Notes under the pieces: model-generated
What the model saw: only the letters and a program-made list of their open reading frames with translations
The model's database searches: none
Told to the model about the DNA's origin: nothing
Program-made: the position numbers and the translations under genes
Shown here: positions 33,755-45,323 of the stretch, in pieces
Numbering within the stretch: the first letter of the stretch is position 1
Layout of the letters: each line of letters starts with the position of its first letter
Assembly (NCBI GenBank): GCA_963727445.1
Contig: CAVSGI010000020.1
Location: forward strand, 768,001-832,000
Length of the DNA: 64,000 bases
Direction: 5' to 3'
Source: an uncultured delta proteobacterium
GTDB lineage: Bacteria; Myxococcota_A; Polyangia; Polyangiales; B10-G4

Positions 33755-33784
33755 TGGACCAATGTCTCCGGACGGATTGGTCCA
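33755..33784. promoter_or_regulatory. Inverted repeat, candidate MocR/PdxR operator
   Basis: TGGACCAAT-N12-ATTGGTCCA, with further TGGAC/CCAAT copies at 33721-33754, upstream of the regulator. Confidence 0.55.
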
Positions 33785-33815
33785 ATCGGGACGGGCCCGC
33801 CCGAAAGTCAACAGG

Positions 33816-34309
33816 CTAGGACCGTTGTCGTTTTTCCAAGGTCACGAAGCGGATGCCTTCGGTCTCGGCGGGCTCCTCTTCGGTCTCGGCCCATTCGTCG
33901 CCGAGGGGGGGAGGAAGGTGTCGCCGTCGACGTGGCGGTCGACGCGGGTGAGGTGGATCCGGGTGGCGAGGGGGAGGGCGGCCTCGTAGATGGAGGCGCC
34001 GCCGATGACGAAGGGCGCGGGGTCGGTGGTCCAGGCGCGCTCGAGGGCTTCTTCGAGAGAGGCGACGACCTCACAGCCTTCGAAGGCGGCGCCCGCGCGG
34101 CGGGTGATCACGATGTTGCGGCGCTTCGGCAGGGCGCGGCCGATCGATTCGTGGGTCTTGCGGCCCATGATGATGGCGTGGCCCTGGGTCAGGCGCTTGA
34201 AGCGCTTGAGGTCCTCGCCGATGTGCCAGGGCAGGTCGCCATCTTTGCCGATGCACCCGTTCCGCGAGGCGGCGACGATCATCTGGAGCTCGCGATCGCC
34301 CTCGCTCAT
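33816..34309 (-). CDS. folA: Dihydrofolate reductase (frameshift in G7 run at 33905-33911)
   Basis: [44 protein letters not shown]; the shifted frame gives LGDEWAET...[12 protein letters not shown]; follows thyA. Confidence 0.9.
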
Positions 34310-35163
34310 ACGGAGACGGCCGCCTTGATGTGGGGATGCGGGTCGTAGCCCTCGAGCTCGAAGTCCTCGAAGCGGAACGCGTAGAGGTCCTTCACCTCGG
34401 GGTTGATCTTCATCCGCGGCAGCGAGCGCGGCTCGCGGGCGATCTGCATCATCGCCTGCTCGACGTGGTTCTTGTAGAGGTGAACGTCGCCGAAAGAGTG
34501 GATGAACTCGCCCGGCTTCAGTTCCGTCACGTGCGCGATCATCATCGTGAGCAGCGCGTAGCTCGCGATGTTGAAGGGCACCCCGAGAAAGACGTCGGCG
34601 CTCCGCTGATAGAGCTGGCAGGAGAGCTCACCGTCCTGGACGTAGAGCTGGAAGAGGGTGTGGCAGGGCGGCAGCGCCACCAGCTCGGCCTCTTTCGGGT
34701 TCCATCCGGTGACCAGGATCCGCCGGCTGTTCGGGTTTTCGCGGATCAACCCGAGCGCGCGCTCGATCTGATCCACCCCATCGTTTCGGTACTTGCCGTC
34801 CTCGCCGAGGGTCGCACCGAAGTTCCGCCATTGATGCCCGTAGACCGGGCCCAGGTCTCCCGCCTCGCGCCCGAAGCGCGCGGTCTGCTCGGCCGTGGCC
34901 CACTCGTTCCAGATCCGCACGCCCGCTTCCTGCAGCGGCTCGACCCGCGTCTCCCCCCGCAGAAACCACAAGAGCTCGTGGATGATCGACTTGAGGTGCA
35001 GCTTCTTCGTCGTCAGGAGCGGAAACCCCTCGCTCAGATCGAAGCGCATCTGGTGGCCGAAGAGGCCGAGGGTGCCGGTGCCCGTGCGGTCACCGCGCTC
35101 GCGCCCCTTTTCGAGGAGGAGCTTCAGGAGCGCGAGGTACTGGTCGTCGACGTGCTGCTTCAC
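34306..35163 (-). CDS. thyA: Thymidylate synthase
   Basis: [50 protein letters not shown]. Confidence 0.97.
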   Translation of the reverse strand: MKQHVDDQYLALLKLLLEKGRERGDRTGTGTLGLFGHQMRFDLSEGFPLLTTKKLHLKSIIHELLWFLRGETRVEPLQEAGVRIWNEWATAEQTARFGREAGDLGPVYGHQWRNFGATLGEDGKYRNDGVDQIERALGLIRENPNSRRILVTGWNPKEAELVALPPCHTLFQLYVQDGELSCQLYQRSADVFLGVPFNIASYALLTMMIAHVTELKPGEFIHSFGDVHLYKNHVEQAMMQIAREPRSLPRMKINPEVKDLYAFRFEDFELEGYDPHPHIKAAVSV

Positions 35164-35213
35164 GGGCAGGTTCGTACAACTCCCACCCGAGTCCCGCAAG
35201 AGCGGGCCCTCGA

Positions 35214-37148
35214 TCAGCGCGCGAAGCGGATGGAGAGCGCCCCCAGGGTCAGACCCACCTCGCGCCGCTCGGTGTAGCTCGCGTCTGCGCTGAGCGTGTC
35301 AATCGCCGTCGCGAGGCGCGCGACGGCGTCGGTTCGATAGGTGAGGCGGCTGCCCGGCCGATGCATCGGGCTTGCCGAGGCCATGGACACGTGGGCGCGA
35401 AGCCGCGCGCTCGCGGCGGCGCCGTCGCCGTAGCGCACGAGGCGTCCCGCCTCCGCGAGGGCCTGCCCCAGATCGCCTTCGACAGCGAGCAGCCCGCCGG
35501 CGCCCGCGCTGACGCGCGCCCGCGCGCCGAAGCCGACCCACGCGTCACCGGACGCCGTTCGCGGTGCGCCGCCCACGCGGTAGTCGACGCTGGCCGTCGC
35601 GACCTGACGGGGGCGTGCGCCCGCGGCGACGTCGAGCCCGACGACGATCCGGCGTTCCTCACCGGCGGCGAGCTTGGGCACGGTGAGCACGACGCCGCCG
35701 TCGGTGCGGACCGCCCCCGCGTCCGCATCGAAGATCGAGGTGACCTCCACCCCGTCGCCGAGGGTGAGGGACACGCGGACGTCGCGGGCGGCCACGTTGG
35801 CGTGCGCCTCGATCTCCGCCGACAGCGCCGGCGCGAGCTCGGCCGCCGACCGGGCGAGGTAGTAGCCGCCGCGTCCGCCGCGGGCGACCGCCGAGAGGAC
35901 CCCCGGGTCGAACTCGTCGCCGAGGCCGATGACGGTGGTGGTGCACGCGTAGCCGGTGCGGGCGTGATCGGCCATCACCCCCAGGCCCTCCGCGCCGAGC
36001 TCGCCTTCGTTGGGGACGCCGTCGGAGACGAGGATCACCAGCGAGCGGCCGCGGAAGCTCGGCGCGGCCCGACCGACCTCGCGATAGGCGATGTCGAGGC
36101 CCGCCTCGATGTTGGTCCCGCCGCCGACCCGGATGCGATCGAGGGCGCGACGGACGACGGCGCCGTCTCCGACGACGCGGGGCGGCAGGATCTCTTCGCC
36201 GCGGGTGCCGTAGGCGACGATGTGGATGCGATCGGTGGGGGCGAGGCGCGCCACCAGCAGCTTGGCGGCGTCGATGGCCGCCGCCCAGCTCGGCTGCATG
36301 GAGGAGGAGCGGTCGAGGACCAGGTGCACGTCGAGGGGCGCGCGCGCCTCGCTGTCCTGGCCGCCGCGCACGCGCACCACCATGTGCGTCTGTCCACCAT
36401 CGCGGGGCAGCGTCTCGTGCTCGAGGGAGGCCCACGCGTCGATGGAGCCGTCGCCGGCAAAGCGTCCGTCGCCCTCGGACTCCGCCGAGATGGCGAGAGG
36501 GCCGAGTTGATCGAGGGTCAGCAGCGTGCCATCGACGTCGAGACCCGCCGCGAGGAGCCCGCCGAAGTGCGCGCGCCCGCCGCCGGTTCCACGCACGCCG
36601 GCTCCCCGCCCCGTGGTCGCCGGGGCGCTTCCCGCGACCGATGCGTCCAGGCTCACGGGGCCGGAGGGCAGGGGGGCGGAGGCGGAGGCGGAGGCGAAGG
36701 TGGAGACCGAGCCAGAGCCAGAGACAGAGGCGGAGTCGGAGACCGCGGAGTCGGAGACCGCGGAGTCGGAGACGGCGCCGGAGCTGGCGACGGCGCCAGA
36801 GCCGGCGACGGCGCCAGAGCCGGCGACGGCGCCAGAGCCGGCGACGGCGTCAGAGCCGGCCGCGGGGACGGACACGTCGCCACCACCCGAAACGGATCCA
36901 CTGCCCGAAGCGCCACCACCGGCCACCGAGACCGAAGGACCGGATGCCGCCGCCTCGATGCCGGCGCCGCCCAGCGCGCGTGCCCAGCCGACCATCGCCG
37001 GGTCCGCCTGGGCGCTGGCCCCGGCGCTCACGCTTCCGGGGCGCACCTTCGCCTCGGCGCTCAGGCGGAAGGTGGGCCGGCCAGCGACCCCGATGGTGCC
37101 GCAGGCGGAGAGGAGGGTGAGCAGGGTGAGGTAGGTGGCGCTTCGCAT
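35214..37148 (-). CDS. VWA-domain lipoprotein with low-complexity linker
   Basis: LLSA-C lipobox; DRSSSM (MIDAS), GGTNI, SDGVPN. Confidence 0.85.
   Translation of the reverse strand: MRSATYLTLLTLLSACGTIGVAGRPTFRLSAEAKVRPGSVSAGASAQADPAMVGWARALGGAGIEAAASGPSVSVAGGGASGSGSVSGGGDVSVPAAGSDAVAGSGAVAGSGAVAGSGAVASSGAVSDSAVSDSAVSDSASVSGSGSVSTFASASASAPLPSGPVSLDASVAGSAPATTGRGAGVRGTGGGRAHFGGLLAAGLDVDGTLLTLDQLGPLAISAESEGDGRFAGDGSIDAWASLEHETLPRDGGQTHMVVRVRGGQDSEARAPLDVHLVLDRSSSMQPSWAAAIDAAKLLVARLAPTDRIHIVAYGTRGEEILPPRVVGDGAVVRRALDRIRVGGGTNIEAGLDIAYREVGRAAPSFRGRSLVILVSDGVPNEGELGAEGLGVMADHARTGYACTTTVIGLGDEFDPGVLSAVARGGRGGYYLARSAAELAPALSAEIEAHANVAARDVRVSLTLGDGVEVTSIFDADAGAVRTDGGVVLTVPKLAAGEERRIVVGLDVAAGARPRQVATASVDYRVGGAPRTASGDAWVGFGARARVSAGAGGLLAVEGDLGQALAEAGRLVRYGDGAAASARLRAHVSMASASPMHRPGSRLTYRTDAVARLATAIDTLSADASYTERREVGLTLGALSIRFAR
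36730..36860. repeat. In-frame tandem repeats: 3 x 15 bp and 5 x 18 bp
   Basis: GCGGAGTCGGAGACC x3, then GACGGCGCCAGAGCCGGC x5 (two imperfect); encode VSDSA and AGSGAV units. Confidence 0.9.
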
Positions 37149-37335
37149 GACGCCTTGGGCCTCTGGAACGACCATGCCAAGACCGAAAAGCAGCGGAAAT
37201 GGGGGTTCGACACCTACACCCGCGAACCCTGGTTCACGCGCGCCTCCAGCATCGTGAACCCCCATGAACAACAGCGCTTATTCGAAATTCGGGCCGAAAA
37301 AAACACGGCGTCCTCGCAGCTGCTACCTTCCTTCC

Positions 37336-38730
37336 ATGCGCAGACGTCCCCCCGCGCGGCGCCTCCTCCTTCCCTTTCTCTTCGTCCTCTTCGCCGCCTG
37401 CGGCGACGACGGTCGCCCCGATCCGACGATGACGATGTCGATCGCCGGCATCCCCGATCCCACGGCGGGTCCCTCCACCGACGGCGACATCGATGGGGAC
37501 GGTGTCGCCAACGACGCCGACAACTGCCCGTCGATCGCCAACGCCGATCAGCGCGCCGCGTGCACCTATCCCTCGCGACCGCCGGCCACCGGCGACGTCG
37601 GGCCCGACGCCGTCGCCCGCCTCAACTGGCACCGCACGGTGCTGGGCCTCGAGACGGTCACCGAGGACGCGGCCCTGAGCGCGGGATGCGCGACTCACCT
37701 CGACTACCTCGTCCAGGTGAGCCAGGAGCTCGGCGCGCCGCAGCTGAGTCACGGCGAGGATCTCTCCAAGCCTTACGCATCGGAACAGGGCGCGCAGGCG
37801 GGAACCGATTCCGTCCTCTCGCTCAATCAGGCGGACATCGCGCTCGCGGTGGACGGCTGGATGGACACGCTCTACCACCGCCTGCCCCTCATCCATCCCG
37901 GCCTCATGCGGATCGGCGCCGACTTTCGGACCGCGAGCGTCGGCGGCCGCGACAACACCTGGGCCTGCGTTCAATACCGCCCCGGCACCGACGGCAGCGT
38001 GGTCACGCCACATCCCGTGCTCTGGCCGCCCGCCGACATCGTCGGCACCGCGCGCGCCTTCGACGGCAACGAGTCCCCGTGCCCCACCGCCGCCGATCCC
38101 CTCGCGCCACCATCGTGTCCTTCCAGCGCCGCGATCCCTTCGGTGGGCTTGATGGGGCTCGGCCCCATCACCGCCGCGAGCGGCACCTTCACCAACCTCG
38201 ACAGCGGCGCCGCCGTTCCCCTCTTCGCCACCTACTACGATGGCGGGCCGAGCCCGCACGAGATGATGGGATACGTCGAAGGCACCGTCGCCCTGGTGCC
38301 CGAGCCAGACTCCCGCCTCGACAATGCCCTCTACGAGGTCCGGGTCGACGCGACCGTCGGCGGCGTCGCCGAGATCTACCGCTGGCGCTTCCGCACCGGC
38401 CGACCGCTCCCCGACGTGGGCTGTGACGACCTCGGCGAGAACCGCGACTTCGCGAGCGCCATCGAGATCGAGACCGGGACCCTCGAAGGACGGGTTTGCG
38501 ATTTCGCGGACATGTACCTCCTCACGGGCGAGGGGACCCGGGTCGTGCGCATCGACTTCGATCACGGCGAAGGCGATCTCGACATGGTCGCCCTCGACCC
38601 GAGCGGCATGGAGATCAGCCGTAGCGAGGGCGTCAGCGACAGCGAAGAGCTCAGCGTGAACGCGGGGCTCTACGTCCAGGTCTACGGAGCGGGCGGCGCG
38701 ATGGGCCCCTACATCCTGACCGTCGAGTAG
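37336..38730 (+). CDS. CAP/SCP-domain lipoprotein with a TSP3-like repeat and a C-terminal PPC-like domain
   Basis: FAA-C lipobox; DGDGVANDADNCP; LNWHR..LGL, H..Y, WMDTLYHR..L; GDLDM...SE. Confidence 0.75.
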   Translation: MRRRPPARRLLLPFLFVLFAACGDDGRPDPTMTMSIAGIPDPTAGPSTDGDIDGDGVANDADNCPSIANADQRAACTYPSRPPATGDVGPDAVARLNWHRTVLGLETVTEDAALSAGCATHLDYLVQVSQELGAPQLSHGEDLSKPYASEQGAQAGTDSVLSLNQADIALAVDGWMDTLYHRLPLIHPGLMRIGADFRTASVGGRDNTWACVQYRPGTDGSVVTPHPVLWPPADIVGTARAFDGNESPCPTAADPLAPPSCPSSAAIPSVGLMGLGPITAASGTFTNLDSGAAVPLFATYYDGGPSPHEMMGYVEGTVALVPEPDSRLDNALYEVRVDATVGGVAEIYRWRFRTGRPLPDVGCDDLGENRDFASAIEIETGTLEGRVCDFADMYLLTGEGTRVVRIDFDHGEGDLDMVALDPSGMEISRSEGVSDSEELSVNAGLYVQVYGAGGAMGPYILTVE

Positions 38731-38738
38731 CGCCTCCG

Positions 38739-38766
38739 TTGACGGAGGTTTCCATGCGAATACATT
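38739..38766 (+). promoter_or_regulatory. Sigma-70-like promoter, probably leaderless
   Basis: TTGACG-N16-TACATT, ending 6 nt before ATG 38773. Confidence 0.55.
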
Positions 38767-38772
38767 GAGGGC

Positions 38773-39198
38773 ATGGCTGACCGCTACACCACAGTCGCGG
38801 ACATCATGACCGCCGACGTCACCACCATCTCGCCCCGCGACACGCTCGAGTTCGTCGAGGAGGCGATGGAGATGTTCCACCTGCGCCACCTCCCGGTCGA
38901 GGAGGACGGACGGCTGCTCGGCGTCCTCACCCACCGCGACATTTTGAGGACCGCGGCCAGCGTCTTCGCGGCCGGTCACGAGAAGTCGACCGAGAAGCTC
39001 CGCCGAAAGCATCCGGTGGCGGACATCATGACCCGGCAGGTCCGTACGGTCGCGCCGACCACGTCCCTGCGCGAGGCGGCCGACATCCTGCTCGGGGAGA
39101 AGATCGGGTGCTTGCCCGTGGTCGAGGACGGCAAGATCGTCGGCATCGTCACCGAGCACGACTTCGTCGCCCTCTCCGCGAAGCTCCTGCCGGCCTGA
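38773..39198 (+). CDS. CBS-domain pair protein
   Basis: Two VADIMT...LPV...G.L/I.G.L/V.T..D repeats. Confidence 0.92.
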   Translation: MADRYTTVADIMTADVTTISPRDTLEFVEEAMEMFHLRHLPVEEDGRLLGVLTHRDILRTAASVFAAGHEKSTEKLRRKHPVADIMTRQVRTVAPTTSLREAADILLGEKIGCLPVVEDGKIVGIVTEHDFVALSAKLLPA

Positions 39199-39223
39199 GC
39201 CCCCCCGGTGTTACCCTCGGGAC

Positions 39224-39760
39224 GTGCGTCTCGAGACCGGCCTCCCCATTCCAGACTTCGAGCTGATGGACATCGAAGGCGCGCCCGCTGGCAGTGCCTC
39301 CTTCGAAGGCCACAAGCTCTGGCTGATCCTCGGACGCTTCGCCGCTTGCCCCTTCTGTTCGCTGCGGCTTCAGGATGTGGCGGAGCGACATTCGCTCGTC
39401 GCGGAGCTCGGGGTCGAGGTGCTGGTGATCTTCCCGTCGTCGGAGAAGCGCGCCAAGCAGTACGTCCGGAAGTATCAGCCTCCGTTCCGCGTCGCCGCCG
39501 ATCCCGAGCAGGAGGTGTTCGAGAAGTTCGGCAGCGAGACCAGCTGGGCTGGCGAGCTGCGCACCGCCGTGAACCTACCCAAGATGATGAAGGCGCTCGC
39601 TCAAGCGAAGATGAACCCGCTGGGGATCGACGACATGCCGCACCGGATGCCGTCCGAGTATCTGATCGATCCCGACGGCCTCGTCGCGCGCGTCCACTAC
39701 GGCCGGGAATTCGACGACGGCTTCCCGATTCAGGAAGTGCTGGAGTGGGCGAAGGGCTGA
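39224..39760 (+). CDS. AhpC/TSA (peroxiredoxin-like) thioredoxin-fold protein
   Basis: PDFEL, RFAACPFC, ADP, MPSEYLIDPDG. Confidence 0.8.
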   Translation: MRLETGLPIPDFELMDIEGAPAGSASFEGHKLWLILGRFAACPFCSLRLQDVAERHSLVAELGVEVLVIFPSSEKRAKQYVRKYQPPFRVAADPEQEVFEKFGSETSWAGELRTAVNLPKMMKALAQAKMNPLGIDDMPHRMPSEYLIDPDGLVARVHYGREFDDGFPIQEVLEWAKG

Positions 39761-39764
39761 ACCT

Positions 39765-40982
39765 TCAGGGACCGTAGCTGCCCCACGCGGGGTCGTCCTC
39801 GATGGCCAGGCGCACCCAGTCCTCGAGGCTGATGCCGCCCGCCTGCGTCGCGGAGATGTCGCGCTCCAGGTAGGTGTGGGTTCGCTCGTCCAGGTAGAAG
39901 GTGCCGAAGCCGGGTGAGTCGCCGAAACGGTCGCGGAGGTCGTTCAAGCCGGCCTCGAAATCGGAAGCCGGCATCCCGCCGACCACAGGCGTCGAGCAGC
40001 TCGGGCTGTAGCCGTAGCCGAAGAAGGTGCGGATGGTGTCGTCGCCGGTCGACGAGATCAGCCCGATCCGCCGATCGGGATACTTGGCGAGGACGTAGCT
40101 GAAGTAGTTGATGATGCCGCCGCCGTCGGCTCCTCGGCACGCGGAGCAGTCCGCGGGGAGCGTGTCGTTCAAGCCCCACTGGTCCCGCCAGGTCTGCTGC
40201 AGACACGGCTTGAGGTATTCGTCCGCCATGGGCGGCCCCGCATCGTCCACCAGGACGACGTCCACGTCGCAGCCGAAGGCGGTCTGCACCTGATCGTAGT
40301 TGTACGCCGCGCCGAAGCCGCCCGCGCTCGAGCCCGAGAGCAGGACCTGGGTCGCATCGGCGAAGGTGGGAACGAGGCGCATGAGGTACTGGCGGACGTT
40401 CTCGAATCCGACGAACTCGCGGCCGCCGGCGCCGTCGGGCTCGTTGCCCCCGTGGATGTCGCCGGTGCAGTAGGGGACGAAGACGAAGCTCCAGTCCTTG
40501 ATGGGATTGTCTGCGTTGGTCCGGTCGAAGAGGTTCGAGCTTCCGTTGGTGCTGGCCCAACCCGCCAGCTTGGCGGCACCGTAGCCGTCCTGGTTCGCCA
40601 CCGAGCCGCAGGAGATGAAGTCGAAGCACGCGCCGCCGCCCTGCATGTAGATGGCGACGTTGCTCGAGGCGCTGCTCGGGTTGATGCCGATGCCGGTGGA
40701 GGTGCCGTTCATGCAATGCGCATCGGGGAAGTCGATGAAGGTCCACTCGCCCTCGGGAGCGTCGATCACGTCACCGGCGACGAAGCCGGGATCCGGCGCG
40801 CAGGTGGGGGCAGACCCCGTGTCCGCCACCGTCGAGTCCGCCGCCGTGGAGTCCGGCGCCGCGTCGGAGATGGTGCCGTCCGGGGTGGCGTCCATGGCGG
40901 AAGCGTCCGGAGCCGAGTCGTCGCCGCCGCAGCCGACGAAGAAGATGACGAGGGCCCCCGCGAGGATGCGTTGGGCGTTCAA
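39765..40982 (-). CDS. Pectin acetylesterase-family lipoprotein
   Basis: FVG-C lipobox; QGGGAC, VPYCTGDIHGG, GSSAGG nucleophile elbow. Confidence 0.85.
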   Translation of the reverse strand: MNAQRILAGALVIFFVGCGGDDSAPDASAMDATPDGTISDAAPDSTAADSTVADTGSAPTCAPDPGFVAGDVIDAPEGEWTFIDFPDAHCMNGTSTGIGINPSSASSNVAIYMQGGGACFDFISCGSVANQDGYGAAKLAGWASTNGSSNLFDRTNADNPIKDWSFVFVPYCTGDIHGGNEPDGAGGREFVGFENVRQYLMRLVPTFADATQVLLSGSSAGGFGAAYNYDQVQTAFGCDVDVVLVDDAGPPMADEYLKPCLQQTWRDQWGLNDTLPADCSACRGADGGGIINYFSYVLAKYPDRRIGLISSTGDDTIRTFFGYGYSPSCSTPVVGGMPASDFEAGLNDLRDRFGDSPGFGTFYLDERTHTYLERDISATQAGGISLEDWVRLAIEDDPAWGSYGP

Positions 40983-41479
40983 GCGAGGGGTACCGAATAA
41001 GCTTCGCCAGGATGACGTTCGTGACGCTGGGCGAAGGTCAAGAGATCGTTCGGCACCGTGACCTGGCCGTCATCGATCGCTTTCGCGAGGGCGAGCGCAC
41101 CCAGCCCGTGCTCTTCGTGCGTCACCTTCCCACCGTTGCCGCGGTTCGAGAGGTAGACGCTGAGCGTGTCGGTATGACCGATGCCGTCGGGCACGTCGGG
41201 TCGAGTGTCGCGCCTCAAGACGTCGAGCTGAAAACGCTCGCCATCGGCGCCCTCGAGCACCACCGGGATCGCACCGAAGCGCACCGGGTGGATGGCGACG
41301 ATCGTCCAGCGGCCGACCCGTTGCGACACCGCGAGGCCCAGCGGGCCGCGCGACTCGGAAGCGAGGGAGCCCACCCGCTCTGCCAACGCCGTTCGTGGGG
41401 CGAGAGCGGCGACCGCGCCCGCCGCGACTCCGACGCGGGAGAGAAAGCTTCGACGCCCCGACCGATCGTCTTTGCTCAT
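40979..41479 (-). CDS. Tat-exported hypothetical protein
   Basis: GRRSFL twin-arginine signal and ALA cleavage site; stop overlaps the esterase start. Confidence 0.75.
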   Translation of the reverse strand: MSKDDRSGRRSFLSRVGVAAGAVAALAPRTALAERVGSLASESRGPLGLAVSQRVGRWTIVAIHPVRFGAIPVVLEGADGERFQLDVLRRDTRPDVPDGIGHTDTLSVYLSNRGNGGKVTHEEHGLGALALAKAIDDGQVTVPNDLLTFAQRHERHPGEAYSVPLA

Positions 41480-41605
41480 AAAAAGCTCTAGAGGAGAGTT
41501 TACGAGGGGCTGCCTTTGGGCGTCAAGGCGGCCGCCTTCGGCGGGGCCCGTGGCGCGAGGGGGCGTCGCGTGCGAGGATGGCCGACCTTTTTCGAGAGGA
41601 GCCGA

Positions 41606-44600
41606 ATGCGAAGTCGCCGCATCGTCATTGTCGGCCTTACGGGGGCCCTTTTCGCGTGGGTCGCGCCCGAGGTCGACGCTGAGAACCCGGACTGGCCTCC
41701 CCCTCCGGGCTCTACCCCGGAAGATCTGATGGACCCTGCCACCTGGCCGGACGACCACAGCTACGGCTACGACATCGAAGGGGACGGCGAGTCTTGCACG
41801 GGCGGCGGGCTCTGCTGGGACGGCCGCTCGGGCGGGCTCTGGAACATGTGGTCGTGGATACCGCCGACCTCGGCGAGCCGCGACACCTTTCGAGAGGAGG
41901 AGCTGGCGACCGGCGCGGGGACGTGGACCGACATGGCCTGGCAGCACACCACCGGCGACAAGTCCGTGGTGATCGCGATCCTCGACAGCGGCATCAAGTG
42001 GGATCAGCGCGACACCGTCGAGCAGTACTACATCAACCAGACCGAGCTCGAGGCCTCCGGCCTGGACACGAACTGCCTCCCCGTCCCACCACCGATGCAC
42101 TCGGGAGACCCCATCGACATCGATGGGGACGGCTACCTGACGCTGCGCGACTGGTTCGAGGGGAAAGACGCGGCCGAGGTCGAGGCCCTCACCATGACGC
42201 TCGACGACGCTGGCAACCACAACGGCATCGCCGATCCGGGCGACCTGATCACGCTCTGCAGTGATGGGGTCGACGACGACGACAACGGCTACGTCGACGA
42301 CATCTCGGGTTGGGACATGTACATGGACGACAACGACCCGCACGACGACCCGCGCTTCTATCACGGCAGTACGCAGGCTCGGATCAGCGTCGCGTCCGCC
42401 AACGACGGCGGCACCATCGGCCACTGCCCCGGCTGCCGGGTCATGATCGTCCGCACCGGCGACAGCTTCATCGTCGACGCGCAAGACTACGCCCAGAGCG
42501 TGATCTTCGCGGTCGACTCGGGGGCGAGCATCGTCCAGGCCGCGGCAGGCGCCCTCAACAACACGACCTACATGCGGCGCGCGCACCGCTACGCCCACGA
42601 CAACGGCGTGCTCCTCGTGACGAGCGCCGCCGACGAGAACAGCTTCCACCAGAACTATCCCGGGACCTCCAACCACACGCTCTACACGAACTGTCTGATC
42701 TACGGCGGCGGCAACCCGCAGGCGGCCGACAGCTACCTCGCCCAGAACAACTGCACCAACCACGGTGGGCAGGCGACGGTGAACGCGCCGGGCACGGGTT
42801 GCTCGTCGGAGGCTACGGCGATCACGGCGGGGGTCGCCGGGCTGATGTTCTCGGCGGCCGTCGATCCCGACCGGCCGGGCGGCCCTCTCGACCCGCCCCT
42901 GTCGTCCGAAGAGGCGCGCCAGATCCTGATCGCGACGGCACAGGACATCGACATCCCCGAGAGCCGACCCGGCAACGACGTCTTCGACCGCCGCTGGTAC
43001 CCGAGCCGTCCCGGCTGGGACGAGCGTTTCGGCTACGGGCGCGTCAACGCGTTCCGCGCGGTGGAGACGGTGCGGGCCGGCGCCATCCCACCCGAGGTCG
43101 ACGTCATCTATCCCGACTGGTTTCGTGTGGTCTATCCCGACCAGGAGCCGACCGTTTCCATTCGCGGCTCCATCGACGCCCGGCGAGCGGAGAGCTTCGA
43201 CTACGTGATCGAGTGGGCGGCCGGCATCGAGCCCGAAGAGGGAGACTTTTCGACCCTCGCGATGGGCGTGGACGAGAGCGAGGCGATCAGCGGCGAGCTG
43301 GCCACCTGGGACGTGTCGACCCTCGAGATCGACAACGGCGACGCGGGCGGCATCCACAACCGCTACACCGTCACCGTGCGCATCCGCGTCACCGCGCATT
43401 ACGGAGGCGCCATCGGCGACGTGGCCGGCGAGGCCCGGCGCGCCTTCAACATCCATCGCGACCCGGACCTCTTGCCAGGCTTCCCCGTGGCGCTCGGCGT
43501 GAGGAACGACGTGGACGAGTACGCCGCGGCGAGCGGCGAGTCCTCTCCGAAGCTCGCCGACATCGACAACGACGATCGGCTCGAGATCCTCTACGTCGAT
43601 TCGGACGGCCTGTTGCACGCCTTCAACGACGACGGCTCCGAGGTCGACGGCTACCCGATCCCGCTCGGCGTGCTGCGCGGCTTCCGGGCGGAGGACGCCT
43701 ACAACATCCTGGGCGCCCCGGCGTACGCCACCGGCGCCATCCCGACCGAGGACATCCACCCCTCGGTGGTGCTCAACGCTCCGGCCATCGGCGACCTCGA
43801 CTCGGACGGGACGCTGGAGATCGTCGTGACCACCATCGAAGGTGACATCCACGCTTTCCACGGGCCGGACGGCTCGCCGGTCGACGGCTTCCCCATCCCA
43901 TTGCCCGAGGTCCCGAGCGGCGATCCCCTGCGGATGGGTCCGCCCAACCCCAAGTCCTCGATCGAACGTGGGGCGCTCGCCGCCGTGACCCTCGTCGACC
44001 TCGATGGCGACGACGCCCTCGAGCTGGTGCTGCCCGCCTTCGACGGACACGTGTACGCCTTCCGCGGGGACGGCACCCCCCAGCCCGGCTTTCCGGTCGA
44101 GGTGAAGGCGCCGCAGCTGTGGATGGGATCCAGCCGACGCGCAGCCCGGGCGCATCGTCACCCCAGCGACGGTCGGTGACGCCGACGGCGACGGCATCGT
44201 CGACATCGCGGTGGGCTCGAACGAGCTCGGCGACGACATGAGCAGCGGGGCGGTTCACCTGATCCACGGGGACGGCAATCTCCACGCGGGCGGCCCCTTC
44301 CACGACAACTGGCCCATCACCATCGGCAGCGTTCCCTTCTACCCCTTCGTGGGTGAGGGCATCACGTCCCCGATGGCCATGGCCGACATCAACGGCGACG
44401 GCCGGCCGGACATCACCGCGGCGGGTCAGGCTGGCAACATCTACGTCTGGGACGCGGTTCAGCCTCCGCGCGAGAGCGGCTTCGACGGGATGCCGATCCT
44501 GCTCATGAACTCGAGCTCCCGCGGCGGGCTGAGCGACGTCACCGATCCGAACGACAAGCCGCTGCTGGCCACCTTCGCCGCCGCGTCCTTCGGGGACCTC

Positions 44601-45314
44601 GATCAGGACGGACGCCCCGAGCTCGTCACGGGGGGCGCTGGCCTCGGGCTCGGGCTGAACCTGGCGGGTGGGTTCGTCAATCGGCCCTTCGCTCATCAGG
44701 TCGGCGCCTGGGAGACGCAGACCGGGGCGCAGGTCGCGGGTTTTCCACGCCAGATCGAGGACTACCTCTTCTTCGTCAATCCTACGGTGGCAAACGTCGA
44801 CTCGGACCCCTACCCGGAGGTCGTGGTCGGCTCGGGTGGCTATTACGTCCACGCGTGGAACGCGTGCGGCGTGGAGGCCGAGGGCTTCCCGAAGTTCACG
44901 GGCGGATGGATCACCGCGTCGGTCGCGGCGGGTGACATCGACGGAGATGATCTGATCGAGGTCGTCGTGAGCACGCGCGCCGGATACCTCTTCGCGTGGA
45001 ACACGACCGCGCCGGTCGATTCGCCCCAGCCCTGGCCCGAGTACCGGCACGACAACCACAACACGGGCAACCTGGAGATGCCGAACTCGAACCCCAGCGG
45101 GGACACCCTGCCCGAACCGATCGATTGCCCGCTGCCCCCCATGCCCGACGCCGGCGCCGACGGAGGAGACGCGGGGACGGACAGCGGACCTTCGGGCGAG
45201 CTCGGCGGCGGCGGTTGCACGTGCCGCGTGGCGTCGCCCGGCGCTCCGGCCTCGCCGCTGGCTCTCGGTCTCGGTGCCCTGCTCGTCGGGCTCGCCGCCC
45301 GGCGCCGGCGCTGA
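41606..45314 (+). CDS. Subtilisin-like (S8) protease with FG-GAP repeats and MYXO-CTERM-type tail (frameshift near 44126)
   Basis: AILDSG, GYVDDISGWD, YHG, CSSEATAITAGVAGL, FGYGRVN; many D.DGDG..E loops; tail GGGCTCRV...TM...RRRR. Confidence 0.85.
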
Positions 45315-45323
45315 GCTCGAGCT

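Noticed and set aside
36730..36860. CRISPR-like array
   Set aside because: The repeats are contiguous with no spacers, are multiples of 3 and lie inside a CDS; no cas genes were seen.
38733..38751. Intrinsic terminator CCTCCG-TTGA-CGGAGG-TTT after the CAP gene
   Set aside because: Short stem and U-tract, and it coincides with the -35 box of the next promoter; too ambiguous to call.
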